Origin: Candidatus Micrarchaeia archaeon
Lineage (GTDB): Archaea > Micrarchaeota > Micrarchaeia > Anstonellales > Bilamarchaeaceae
Direction of reading: 5' to 3'
Length of the DNA stretch: 25,834 nucleotides
Assembly: GCA_041650355.1 (NCBI GenBank)
Contig: JBAZLI010000003.1
Coordinates: 1-25,834, forward strand
Below are positions 8,499 through 15,578 of the stretch, piece after piece (the first letter of the stretch is position 1; every line of letters starts with the position of its first letter). The position numbers were made by a program, and so were the translations under genes. Under the pieces are notes generated by a model, which worked only from the letters and a program-made list of their open reading frames with translations, was not told the DNA's origin and searched no databases.

Positions 8499-9824
8499 AT
8501 GTACTCTTCAAAGATTTCCGCGATGCTGAAGAAGGCAGGGATTTCCATAGGCGACCTAGTGAGAATTGAAAAAGCCGGCCACACCCACGAAGGCATACTC
8601 ATGCCCCGCGCAGGAGAGAGCGATGAGCTGGTGCTCAAGCTCGAAACCGGCTACAACATAGGGATAACTCTTGAAGGCGCGAAGATGGTCCTGATAGAAA
8701 AAACTCCAAAGAAACCCGAACCCAGCGAGAAATCCCATCCTCGCGGCGAAATCGCGATTCTCGGCTGCGGAGGCACCATCTCTTCGAAAGTGGACTACAA
8801 GACCGGCGCAGTTTCCCCTGCATTGAGCCCTGAGGACATTTCCAAATCCTTTCCGCTCCTTAATTCAATAACCTCTTTTCACACTCTTTCCCTTTTCCAG
8901 CTCCTCTCCGAAGACATGACAGTGGGGCACTGGAAGAAAGCCGCAGAAGCTGTCGCAGAAGAAATCAAGCAGGGCTCCAAGGGCGTCGTGCTCATGCACG
9001 GAACGGACACGATGCATTACACTTCAGCCGCGCTGAGCTTCGCGCTCCAAAATCTCCCGGTTCCAGTAGTGTTCGTGGGCTCCCAGCGTTCTGCGGACCG
9101 GCCGAGCAGCGACAACGAGCAGAACCTCCTGAACGCGGCACTCGTTGCGAAATCCGGCATCGCGCACGCGGGGATATGCATGCACGCTAATTCCAGCGAC
9201 GATTTCTCCTATTTCCATTTGGGAACAAAGGCGAGGAAAATGCACACTTCCCGCAGGGACGCGTTCAAGTCCATAAACTCCCTGCCGCTCGCAAAAGCAG
9301 ACTACAAGACAGGCAAAGTCGAGCCGCTCATCCAGGATTACAGCAGGCGCGACGAGAAAAGAAAGCTTGAGATGCACAACCACTTCTCTGATAAAGTGGG
9401 AATGCTTTACATGCACCCTGGCATAGACCCTAAACTTGTAGAGGCGTTCTCCGAATATGACGGTTTGGTGCTCGTGGGGACCGGCCTGGGACACATGCCT
9501 GCAAACCTCGGGAACGACAAAATGAGCAAAAGCCTTGTTCCCGCAGTGAAATCACTTATTGATTCCGGAATCCCGACCGTGATGAGCTCCCAGACGATTT
9601 ACGGGAGGATAAACATGGACATCTACTCGACAGGCCGCGCGCTCCAGCAGGCGGGGGTCATAGGCAACGGCGCTGACTGGACTCCTGAAACCGCGTTCGT
9701 CAAATTGAGCTGGGTTCTCGGGAAAGAGAAGAAGATGGAAAAAGTGAAGGAGCTGATGATGAAAAACATCGCGGGGGAAATAAGCGAGCGCACGAATTAC
9801 GAGGAAAAATTCATTGATATCTAA
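8499..9824 (+). CDS. gatD: glutamyl-tRNA(Gln) amidotransferase subunit D (archaeal GatD, asparaginase-like)
   Basis: The 441-aa product has an N-terminal GDLVRIEKAGHTHEGILMP beta-barrel domain. An asparaginase domain follows, with ILGCGGTISS, GVVLMHGTDTMHYTSAALSF and VVFVGSQRSADRPSSD. A TATA-like ttttaaagc sits about 22 nt upstream of the ATG, so the transcript is probably leaderless. Confidence 0.9.
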   Translation: MYSSKISAMLKKAGISIGDLVRIEKAGHTHEGILMPRAGESDELVLKLETGYNIGITLEGAKMVLIEKTPKKPEPSEKSHPRGEIAILGCGGTISSKVDYKTGAVSPALSPEDISKSFPLLNSITSFHTLSLFQLLSEDMTVGHWKKAAEAVAEEIKQGSKGVVLMHGTDTMHYTSAALSFALQNLPVPVVFVGSQRSADRPSSDNEQNLLNAALVAKSGIAHAGICMHANSSDDFSYFHLGTKARKMHTSRRDAFKSINSLPLAKADYKTGKVEPLIQDYSRRDEKRKLEMHNHFSDKVGMLYMHPGIDPKLVEAFSEYDGLVLVGTGLGHMPANLGNDKMSKSLVPAVKSLIDSGIPTVMSSQTIYGRINMDIYSTGRALQQAGVIGNGADWTPETAFVKLSWVLGKEKKMEKVKELMMKNIAGEISERTNYEEKFIDI

Positions 9825-9950
9825 CCTTTCCATCCGCCATCTATTTCACGCATGATCTTTTGCGTGCTCTTCTTTGATTTGAATGTGCCTGCCAGCTTCT
9901 TTAGCTTAATTATTTTTTTGTCAGGTTTTTCCTGCTTCTGGCCCATCCAA
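9825..9950. terminator. convergent intergenic region with oligo-T tracts (archaeal-type terminators)
   Basis: A T-rich stretch ttaattatttttttgtcaggtttttcctgc lies between the 3' ends of gatD(+) and the NurA-like gene(-). Confidence 0.4.
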
Positions 9951-10967
9951 TCATCTAAAGGGCCTTGAATTTCTTCTCAGTGGCATCATCCCGAATCCGC
10001 TCTGCATCGCAAGGCTCTTCTGCGCCCTCTCCAGCTCCAGCGGGTCAAGCGCAGCCCTCAAATCCGCCTCGATGAGCACCGCAGGATACGCGTAGCTCCT
10101 GTTTATCCTGGAAAGCGAATACACGAACGACGCAATCCCGCTGAAATCAGGGGAAAAGAATTCCACCCTGAGCGGCCTGTCCCCTTCCACGGGCTTCAGG
10201 TACATCGCGTTCAGCGCAGACCCGTATTCCCCGAAATCCCTGAGCACCGAGTGCCTCTTTGCATCCGCAGTATATTTGAAAGCGAAAGTGCGCTCCCCTT
10301 CCCTGAGCAAATGGCTCAGGAAAACAGAATCCGAAGTGTGCACGTCCACCTCCGCTCTCACTATATCCACGAACCTTTTCGCCCTGCTGTCCTTTATCAC
10401 TCCCACCATTTCGCATTTCCCTTCCTTCGCGCTCTCAAAAAGTTTTCTGTACAATCTCACCAGATTGTGATACTCATACGCAATGTCACTGTCATCCGGA
10501 GGCTTGTCCGAAGGGAGCGGAACCAGCGAGCCGTCCATGAGCATGAACTTCGGACTCTTTTTCTCAATCGCATCAATCGCGCACTCGATTTCCTTCCTTA
10601 GCCTGAACAGCGACCTGAACGCCATCACCTCGCGCTCATCCAATCCCAACTTTATTTCGTAATCCGGCTCCGGGAACGCGTTGGGCAGGTACTCGTGCGA
10701 AACCAGACCAGAATTGTTGTAATCAAAAAGCGCAGCCGCGGCCCTTGCAATCACCAAATCCGTCCCGTGCATTTCCTGGGCCAATAAACCGCCATCCACA
10801 GCGCCCACCAATCCATCCACTTTCACTTCCTTGAGCGGATGCACAAGCTCCTTTTCCAGCGCCTCGACAAAAACGTGGTTTGCCACCCTGAATTTCGCGG
10901 CTTTCCCCCTGATTTCATCCTCCATCGCACGTATGTGCTCAGCCGCGGCCTTGATTTTTTCGAGCAT
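9951..10967 (-). CDS. nurA: NurA-domain 5'-3' nuclease-like protein (stand-alone)
   Basis: The 338-aa product has two motifs, LVGAVDGGLL and FMLMDGSLVP, at the spacing expected for NurA-family nucleases (RNase H-like fold). The assignment rests on motif recall only. No herA, mre11 or rad50 is present in the window. Confidence 0.45.
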   Translation of the reverse strand: MLEKIKAAAEHIRAMEDEIRGKAAKFRVANHVFVEALEKELVHPLKEVKVDGLVGAVDGGLLAQEMHGTDLVIARAAAALFDYNNSGLVSHEYLPNAFPEPDYEIKLGLDEREVMAFRSLFRLRKEIECAIDAIEKKSPKFMLMDGSLVPLPSDKPPDDSDIAYEYHNLVRLYRKLFESAKEGKCEMVGVIKDSRAKRFVDIVRAEVDVHTSDSVFLSHLLREGERTFAFKYTADAKRHSVLRDFGEYGSALNAMYLKPVEGDRPLRVEFFSPDFSGIASFVYSLSRINRSYAYPAVLIEADLRAALDPLELERAQKSLAMQSGFGMMPLRRNSRPFR

Positions 10968-11001
10968 AGTTTTAAATTCCGATTATAAGTTATTAACCCT
11001 T
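10968..11001. promoter_or_regulatory. divergent promoter between nurA-like(-) and pth2(+)
   Basis: agttttaaattccgattataagttattaaccct has TATA-like boxes in both directions about 20-30 nt from each ATG. Confidence 0.45.
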
Positions 11002-11388
11002 ATGGGCATTCTCGATTCCCTCAGGGCAAAAAATTCGGATTTGAAGCAGGCGATAGTGGTGCGCACTGATTTGGAGATGGGCAAAGGCAAGGCAAGCGCC
11101 CAGGTCGCGCACGCCTCGCTCTCCTCTTATATAGATGTAGAGCATACCGACCATTCAATCGCGGAAAAATGGATTGACGAGGGGATGAAGAAGATAGTAT
11201 TGAAAGTGAAGGACGAAAAAGAGCTTTTCCTGTATTTCCAGCACGCCAAGGACGCAGGGCTTCCGGTTTCCATAATAAGGGATGCAGGCCTTACACAAAT
11301 AGAAAGCGGAAGCGCCACATGCTTCGCCATCGGCCCCGCACCTTCATCAGACATAGACAAGATAGTGGGAAAGCTCAAGCTCCTCTGA
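11002..11388 (+). CDS. pth2: peptidyl-tRNA hydrolase, archaeal type (Pth2)
   Basis: The 128-aa product has LKQAIVVRTDLEMGKGKASAQVAHASL and GLPVSIIRDAGLTQIESGSATCFAIGP, which is the PTH2 family signature. The ORF-track N-terminal extension was rejected. The ATG at 11002 is verified. Confidence 0.85.
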   Translation: MGILDSLRAKNSDLKQAIVVRTDLEMGKGKASAQVAHASLSSYIDVEHTDHSIAEKWIDEGMKKIVLKVKDEKELFLYFQHAKDAGLPVSIIRDAGLTQIESGSATCFAIGPAPSSDIDKIVGKLKLL

Positions 11389-11446
11389 TGCGTGCTTTCG
11401 CTGCCTCCACGGGCTTATTTTTAATCATTTGGCGCCTAATCCATCC

Positions 11447-11962
11447 ATGATACTTTCCGACAAGGACATAATGGCGTACATGCGCAAGGGCGCGATAAAA
11501 ATCCGGCCTTTCAGGAAAGAGCAGCTCGGAACCGCGAGCGTGGACCTCACCCTTTCAGGCAAATGGGAATTCTTCAAGAAGAAGCTCCTCGGAGCCCAGG
11601 TGGACTTGGAAAAAGTGCCTTTCCGTGAGGCAGTTGAAAAAGTGCATGCGGATTACGCCATCCTGGAGCCGGGGCAGATTGTGCTCGCGGAAACCCTGGA
11701 GAAAATCACGCTACCGGCAAACATAATGGGCAAGCTCGAAGGCAGGAGCAGGTACGCGCGCATGGGCCTCTCAGTGCACATCACGTCCGCGATAGTGCAG
11801 CCCGGCTCCAGCAACCACCAAATCCTTGAAATACTGAATTCAGCCCCGTTCGCAATAGTCCTGCACAAGGGAATGCGCCTCTCCCAGATTGTTTTCCACG
11901 AACTGAAGAGCCCGAGCTCGAAGCCCTACGCGAAATTCGGAAGCATAGCGAGAAACCAGTGA
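11447..11962 (+). CDS. dcd: dCTP deaminase
   Basis: The 171-aa product starts MILSDKDIMAYM, the classic Dcd N-terminus. It also has SVDLTL, KLEGRSRYARMGLSVH and a conserved C-terminal region. Confidence 0.85.
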   Translation: MILSDKDIMAYMRKGAIKIRPFRKEQLGTASVDLTLSGKWEFFKKKLLGAQVDLEKVPFREAVEKVHADYAILEPGQIVLAETLEKITLPANIMGKLEGRSRYARMGLSVHITSAIVQPGSSNHQILEILNSAPFAIVLHKGMRLSQIVFHELKSPSSKPYAKFGSIARNQ

Positions 11963-11966
11963 GCGC

Positions 11967-12506
11967 ATGGAAGAAAAATGGAAGGGCGCAGCCGAAATCC
12001 TGCTCGCAGCCTTATTGGCGTTTTTCTCGTTTCTGCTCAGTCCCTGGCTCGCCCAGAACTTCGCGCCGTTTGGCTACGTGGGCGTTTTCCTTTTCTCCGT
12101 CTTCGCGTCTGCGACAATTTTTCTCCCTGTCCCATCCTGGATCCTGGTGTTCTCGCTTGCCCAATCTTTCAACCCTCTGCTCCTTGGCATATCCGCCGGC
12201 CTGGGTTCGGGCATTGGCGAGCTCAGCGGCTACCTTGCCGGGCGCGGAGGAAAATACCTGATCGGCGGCGACAAGACCGCATTTTTCGAGGAACATAAAA
12301 AATGGATAGTGAAAGCCGAGTTCCCCACCTTATTCATCGTGTCGTTCCTGCCCAATCCTTTTTTCGACATAGCCGGAGTCGCCGCAGGAATCCTTAACGT
12401 TCCGCTCTGGCGCTTCCTTCTGGCAGTGGTGCTGGGAAAAATCCTGCGGTTCACCCTGCTTGCATATTTCGGAATCCAGATTCTCGGAGCCTTCGGGCTG
12501 ATGTGA
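11967..12506 (+). CDS. small polytopic membrane protein, DedA/VTT (SNARE-associated, YqaA-like) family candidate
   Basis: The 179-aa product has 4-5 hydrophobic segments. FLFSVFASATIFLPVPSWILVF and a glycine-rich loop GLGSGIGELSGYLAGRGG resemble the VTT domain. It follows dcd after 4 nt. Confidence 0.45.
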   Translation: MEEKWKGAAEILLAALLAFFSFLLSPWLAQNFAPFGYVGVFLFSVFASATIFLPVPSWILVFSLAQSFNPLLLGISAGLGSGIGELSGYLAGRGGKYLIGGDKTAFFEEHKKWIVKAEFPTLFIVSFLPNPFFDIAGVAAGILNVPLWRFLLAVVLGKILRFTLLAYFGIQILGAFGLM

Positions 12507-12510
12507 CCGC

Positions 12511-13080
12511 ATGCCCAAATTAGTAATCCTGGACCTGGACGAAACCCTGCTCCGCATTCCAGCGGACTGGGAGAAAGTAATGGCAGAAGTGATTGAATAC
12601 GGCAGAAGCCAGGGCGCCGCGTTCAACCCTTCCGACCAGGTAATCCCGCTCTCCTCCGCAGTTTCCAGCACGCCTGAGCGCAAATTGGAAGTGGATTCCA
12701 TATGGCGCAGGCACGAACTCTCTTCAATTGAAAAATCCGGCGTCGTGCGCTACGCGAAAGCCGAGAGTTTCGTGAAAAAAATGAAGAAGCGCGGCATGCT
12801 TCTCGCGATAGCCTCGAACAACACCCACGCAACCGCGGAGAAGGCGCTGGCTCTCGCTGGGCTCTCGCAGTTTTTCGACTTAATAGTGTGCAGGGACGAC
12901 GTTCATGAAACAAAGCCCGGCCCGGAGATGCTCCTCAGAATCCTGGACAGGTTCGGAATCGCAAAAGAAGAAGCTGTTTTCATAGGCAACAGCGAGACGA
13001 GCGACGCACCTGCAGGAAAAGCCGCAGGCGTAAGAACGCTCATAGTGAAGCCGGATTCCGCATTCCCGCAAATTGAATAA
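12511..13080 (+). CDS. HAD-superfamily hydrolase (phosphatase)
   Basis: The 189-aa product starts MPKLVILDLDETLL, giving the DxDET HAD motif I. It continues LAIASNN (motif II), K (motif III) and FIGNSETSDAPAGKAAGV (motif IV). Confidence 0.75.
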   Translation: MPKLVILDLDETLLRIPADWEKVMAEVIEYGRSQGAAFNPSDQVIPLSSAVSSTPERKLEVDSIWRRHELSSIEKSGVVRYAKAESFVKKMKKRGMLLAIASNNTHATAEKALALAGLSQFFDLIVCRDDVHETKPGPEMLLRILDRFGIAKEEAVFIGNSETSDAPAGKAAGVRTLIVKPDSAFPQIE

Positions 13081-13146
13081 ATCCTGCCGAAGCGTGTTAA
13101 AATATAGTTTTTTAAGTTCTTCCCCCATATATCTTTTTGTGGGTGG

Positions 13147-13926
13147 ATGGACGCAAAACGTAGCCTAACTAGAAAAGATCCAGGCACTTACAGAGAGGGC
13201 TACAATAGCACCCCTAAACACGGCCCGCTGATTCTCCATCCGCTGCTTGACAGCATGCTCGCCGTGAATCCGGCCCAATTCATAAGCCGGAAGATAGATG
13301 AAACGCTCGTAAAGATTCCGGGCGCTCTCAAAACAGACCAACCGATATGGACGTTTGAAGTCGTAGTTTTTCCAAAGCCCTATGGCGCTTTTGAAAAGGG
13401 CGTGGATATAATAGACCCGATAACAGGCTGGATTTTCCCGTGGATGCAGATACCCGGAAGCGCCTTCGGGGTTAAAGGCATTGCCCTTCAATTCATTCCT
13501 TCCTTATCGGGCAGCGGTGAAGGCACCGTTGTAAGCCCCAGAAATTCAAAAGCCATCATTACGGTGGAAGATTTTATTCAAGGGGCCATGGGCGAGGGAG
13601 CTGTGCATCCAGGCTCTCGTTTGGCCACAGTCAAGGCGGCAACCGGAAATCAGCTTCGCACGCTCAAGCGGCCACCCACCGAAGGAATACGCATTGCAAC
13701 TAGATGTGCATTTGACTGGAATCTCATAAGCCTTGCGGACCATCCGGATAAAGAAAGGTTCTGGCTCGTATTTTTGCAGCCCATCGCCAAATCCATGGTG
13801 CCCGAATCATCCGAACAAAAACCTCCGGATTCCACGTCAAGCAGGATTCCGAAAAGAGTTGACATACAACCCGATTCTGAAGTCGAAGTATTGATGCACG
13901 GGCTTAAAGAAGTACTGGGCAAATGA
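13147..13926 (+). CDS. hypothetical protein (ORFan; coding status uncertain)
   Basis: The 259-aa ORF has no family signature I can recognise. Its amino-acid composition and lower GC differ from flanking genes. Several overlapping minus-strand ORFs of similar length exist, which is typical of non-coding or decayed sequence. Confidence 0.25.
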   Translation: MDAKRSLTRKDPGTYREGYNSTPKHGPLILHPLLDSMLAVNPAQFISRKIDETLVKIPGALKTDQPIWTFEVVVFPKPYGAFEKGVDIIDPITGWIFPWMQIPGSAFGVKGIALQFIPSLSGSGEGTVVSPRNSKAIITVEDFIQGAMGEGAVHPGSRLATVKAATGNQLRTLKRPPTEGIRIATRCAFDWNLISLADHPDKERFWLVFLQPIAKSMVPESSEQKPPDSTSSRIPKRVDIQPDSEVEVLMHGLKEVLGK

Positions 13927-14136
13927 GCGCCCGCCCCCTAATCCTGAAAAGAAAAAAGTGCAGGAGTCATTTTGGCTGTTGCCAAAAGTTCCTTCATTTT
14001 AAAAATAAAATGCAGGGAGCAAGATTGTCAGCTTGCTGGCAATTTTTGGTCGCCAGACCAAAGCTTTTGAACTTGCGCAGCTGCTAGAGCACCAGACCCT
14101 GAATCTGGCACGTTTGACCGGGCTCCGCCATCCCTG

Positions 14137-14200
14137 CACCATATCCCTTTCTTTTTAGAAAAAAGAAAGGTCTGAGGTCTTTACCCCAAAGAAAAACTAT
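14137..14200. repeat. intergenic repeat element, copy A (pyrimidine/purine hairpin plus CTGAGG-ACCCC-AAAGAAAAAC module)
   Basis: An 11-bp perfect hairpin CCTTTCTTTTT-ag-AAAAAGAAAGG at 14146-14169 is followed by tCTGAGGtcTTT-ACCCC-AAAGAAAAAC. The same module recurs at 15434-15474, and a truncated copy at 15523-15539. Confidence 0.6.
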
Positions 14201-14218
14201 CTTTGAGGTTAATATCAA

Positions 14219-14376
14219 TAGCCCCGACCGGATTTTCTCTACTCCCGCTGCCGATAAGCGAACGGGGGTATCCAGGAATAAGGGGGTTCCTTTCAAACAA
14301 AATAAAACCCCCTGTCTTTCGAACCGGTGTCACAAGGTCCAGAGCCTCGTATCCTTGACCGCTAGACTACGGGGCT
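14219..14376 (-). tRNA. tRNA-Gln (anticodon CUG) with a putative ~85-nt intron in the T-loop
   Basis: The minus strand reads 5' AGCCCCG UA GUCU AGCGGUCAA GGAU A CGAGG CUCUGGA CCUUG UGAC ACCGG UUCGAA. This runs through the acceptor stem, D-arm (with G.U pairs as in Pyrococcus tRNA-Gln), anticodon arm with loop CU-CUG-GA, and T-stem with a UUCGAA T-loop start. The T-arm does not close locally. About 85 nt further 3' lies UCCGGUCGGGGCCU, which is the complement of both the T-stem and 6 of 7 acceptor positions, plus a discriminator. Exon 1 is 14318-14376, the intron is about 14233-14317, and exon 2 is 14219-14232. Position 1:72 would be A.C. Confidence 0.55.
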
Positions 14377-14466
14377 ATTGCAGATGACTTACTCTGCAAA
14401 AGTTTTTATATATCCCGCCCCCATCTACAATAAGCAGCAATTACGATTTGTATTGGAGGTGTTCGA
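14377..14466. promoter_or_regulatory. bidirectional promoter region for tRNA-Gln(-) and the stomatin gene(+)
   Basis: An AT-rich core tttttatatatc at 14403-14414 serves both directions. On the minus strand atatataaaaac lies about 27-37 nt upstream of the tRNA 5' end. On the plus strand, a GGAGGTG Shine-Dalgarno motif sits 6 nt before the ATG at 14467. A hairpin GCAGATGACTTACTCTGC abuts the tRNA 5' end. Confidence 0.5.
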
Positions 14467-15243
14467 ATGGCATGGGAAGTCCTTGTTGGTTGCGCGCCCG
14501 TGGTGGCAATAGGCGCTCTGGCGATTGCGGCCGCTTCAATAAAGATAGTGATGCAGTACGAAAGCGGGATAGTGTTCACGCTAGGAAAGTTTTCAGGCAT
14601 TGCGAACCCCGGGATAAATTTCATCATCCCGCTGATACAGAGCATGCGCAAGGTGGACACGAGGATACTCACGATCGACATTCCCAAGCAGGAAGTCATG
14701 ACCAAGGACAACGTGCCGATGGGCGTTAACGGCGTCGTATTCTTCAAGGTGGAAAACGTGGAGAAAGCGGTGCTCCAGATACAGGATTACCACTATTCCG
14801 TTTCCCAATACGCGCAAACAGCTTTGAGGGACGTGATAGGCAGCAAGGAGATGGACGCCGTGCTTTCCAACCGCGACGAAGTCGCGAACGAGATAAAGAT
14901 AATAGTGGACAAGGAAACCACGGAATGGGGCATCGACGTCACCAACATAAAAATCCAGGACATCGAGCTTCCAGCGGACATGAAGCGCATAATGGCGAGG
15001 CAGGCCGAAGCCGAGAGGGAGAAGCGGGCCAAGATAATAGAGAGCGAGGCCGAGCTCATGGCATCGGAAAAGGTGGCGAAGGCCGCGCAGATGCTTGCCA
15101 GCACTCCGGGCGGGTTGCACCTAAAGACGCTCCTCACGATTTCCAACGTCGCGGCGTTCGACGGCAACTCGGTGGTTTTCGTGACTCCGATTGAATTGCT
15201 GGAAGCGATAAAGGGCTTTACGGGCATGAAGAAAAAGCAATAG
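14467..15243 (+). CDS. SPFH/band-7 (stomatin/prohibitin-like) membrane protein
   Basis: The 258-aa product has an N-terminal TM helix. The SPFH domain follows, with IVMQYESGIVFTLGKFSG, RILTIDIPKQEVMTKDNVPMGVNGVVFFKV and AEAEREKRAKIIESEAEL. Confidence 0.85.
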   Translation: MAWEVLVGCAPVVAIGALAIAAASIKIVMQYESGIVFTLGKFSGIANPGINFIIPLIQSMRKVDTRILTIDIPKQEVMTKDNVPMGVNGVVFFKVENVEKAVLQIQDYHYSVSQYAQTALRDVIGSKEMDAVLSNRDEVANEIKIIVDKETTEWGIDVTNIKIQDIELPADMKRIMARQAEAEREKRAKIIESEAELMASEKVAKAAQMLASTPGGLHLKTLLTISNVAAFDGNSVVFVTPIELLEAIKGFTGMKKKQ

Positions 15244-15284
15244 CCCTTTTATTCTTTTTTATTCCTATTATACTACTATTTCTC

Positions 15285-15356
15285 GGGCTGGTAGATCAAC
15301 GGCAGATCGCATCGTTCGCATCGATGAGGCTGAGGGTTCAAATCCCTCCCAGTCCA
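15285..15356 (+). tRNA. tRNA-Ala (anticodon CGC)
   Basis: GGGCUGG UA GAUC AACGGCA GAUC G CAUCG UUCGCAU CGAUG AGGCU GAGGG UUCAAAU CCCUC CCAGUCC A. The cloverleaf is intact, with the G3:U70 wobble that is the universal alanine identity element. The anticodon loop is UU-CGC-AU and the T-loop is TTCAAAT. There is no encoded CCA. A TATA-like attcctattatac lies about 20-30 nt upstream. Confidence 0.85.
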
Positions 15357-15365
15357 TACCCATAT

Positions 15366-15474
15366 CCCCTTTTCTTTTGACTCAGCGGTCGACTATTCGA
15401 CCGCTTCGCCGTAAAAACCTTCGGTTTTTCCGGAAAAGAAAAGGGGCTGAGGGTTTCACCCCTAAAAGAAAAAC
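15366..15474. repeat. intergenic repeat element, copy B: 13-bp terminal inverted repeats enclosing two perfect hairpins, followed by the conserved module
   Basis: CCCCTTTTCTTTT (15366-15378) and its exact reverse complement AAAAGAAAAGGGG (15434-15446) flank a 55-nt core. The core contains hairpin GCGGTCGA-ctat-TCGACCGC (15385-15404) and hairpin AAAAACC-ttc-GGTTTTT (15413-15429). CTGAGGGTTTC-ACCCC-TAAAAGAAAAAC follows, as in copy A. A third perfect 9-bp hairpin TTGCCTCGA-aacg-TCGAGGCAA sits at 15501-15522. Confidence 0.6.
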
Positions 15475-15522
15475 GGCTTGAATTGCATTTCGACCACAAT
15501 TTGCCTCGAAACGTCGAGGCAA

Positions 15523-15560
15523 TCCCCCAAAAAGAAAACTATATATTCTATATCTGTTTA
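15523..15560 (+). promoter_or_regulatory. BRE/TATA-like promoter for mscL, overlapping a third truncated copy of the conserved module
   Basis: cccccaaaaagaaaac-tatatattctatatc. A purine-rich BRE-like stretch is immediately 5' of TATATATT, and the ATG at 15579 lies about 27 nt downstream of the TATA. Confidence 0.45.
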
Positions 15561-15578
15561 TCCTGCTTGGGTGGATTT

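Noticed and set aside
13927-14136. Possible ncRNA (RNase P / SRP / C/D-box sRNA) in the AT-rich spacer downstream of the ORFan
   Set aside because: It has several 5-bp hairpins (CTGGC...GCCAG, CCAGA...TCTGG, the palindrome GCAGCTGC). I could not find the universally conserved RNase P or SRP helix-8 motifs, or properly spaced C/D boxes. It is kept only as part of the low-GC island finding.
14593-15227. 175-aa and 144-aa minus-strand ORFs
   Set aside because: They are antisense to the stomatin/SPFH gene, which has a clear domain signature and an SD-preceded start.
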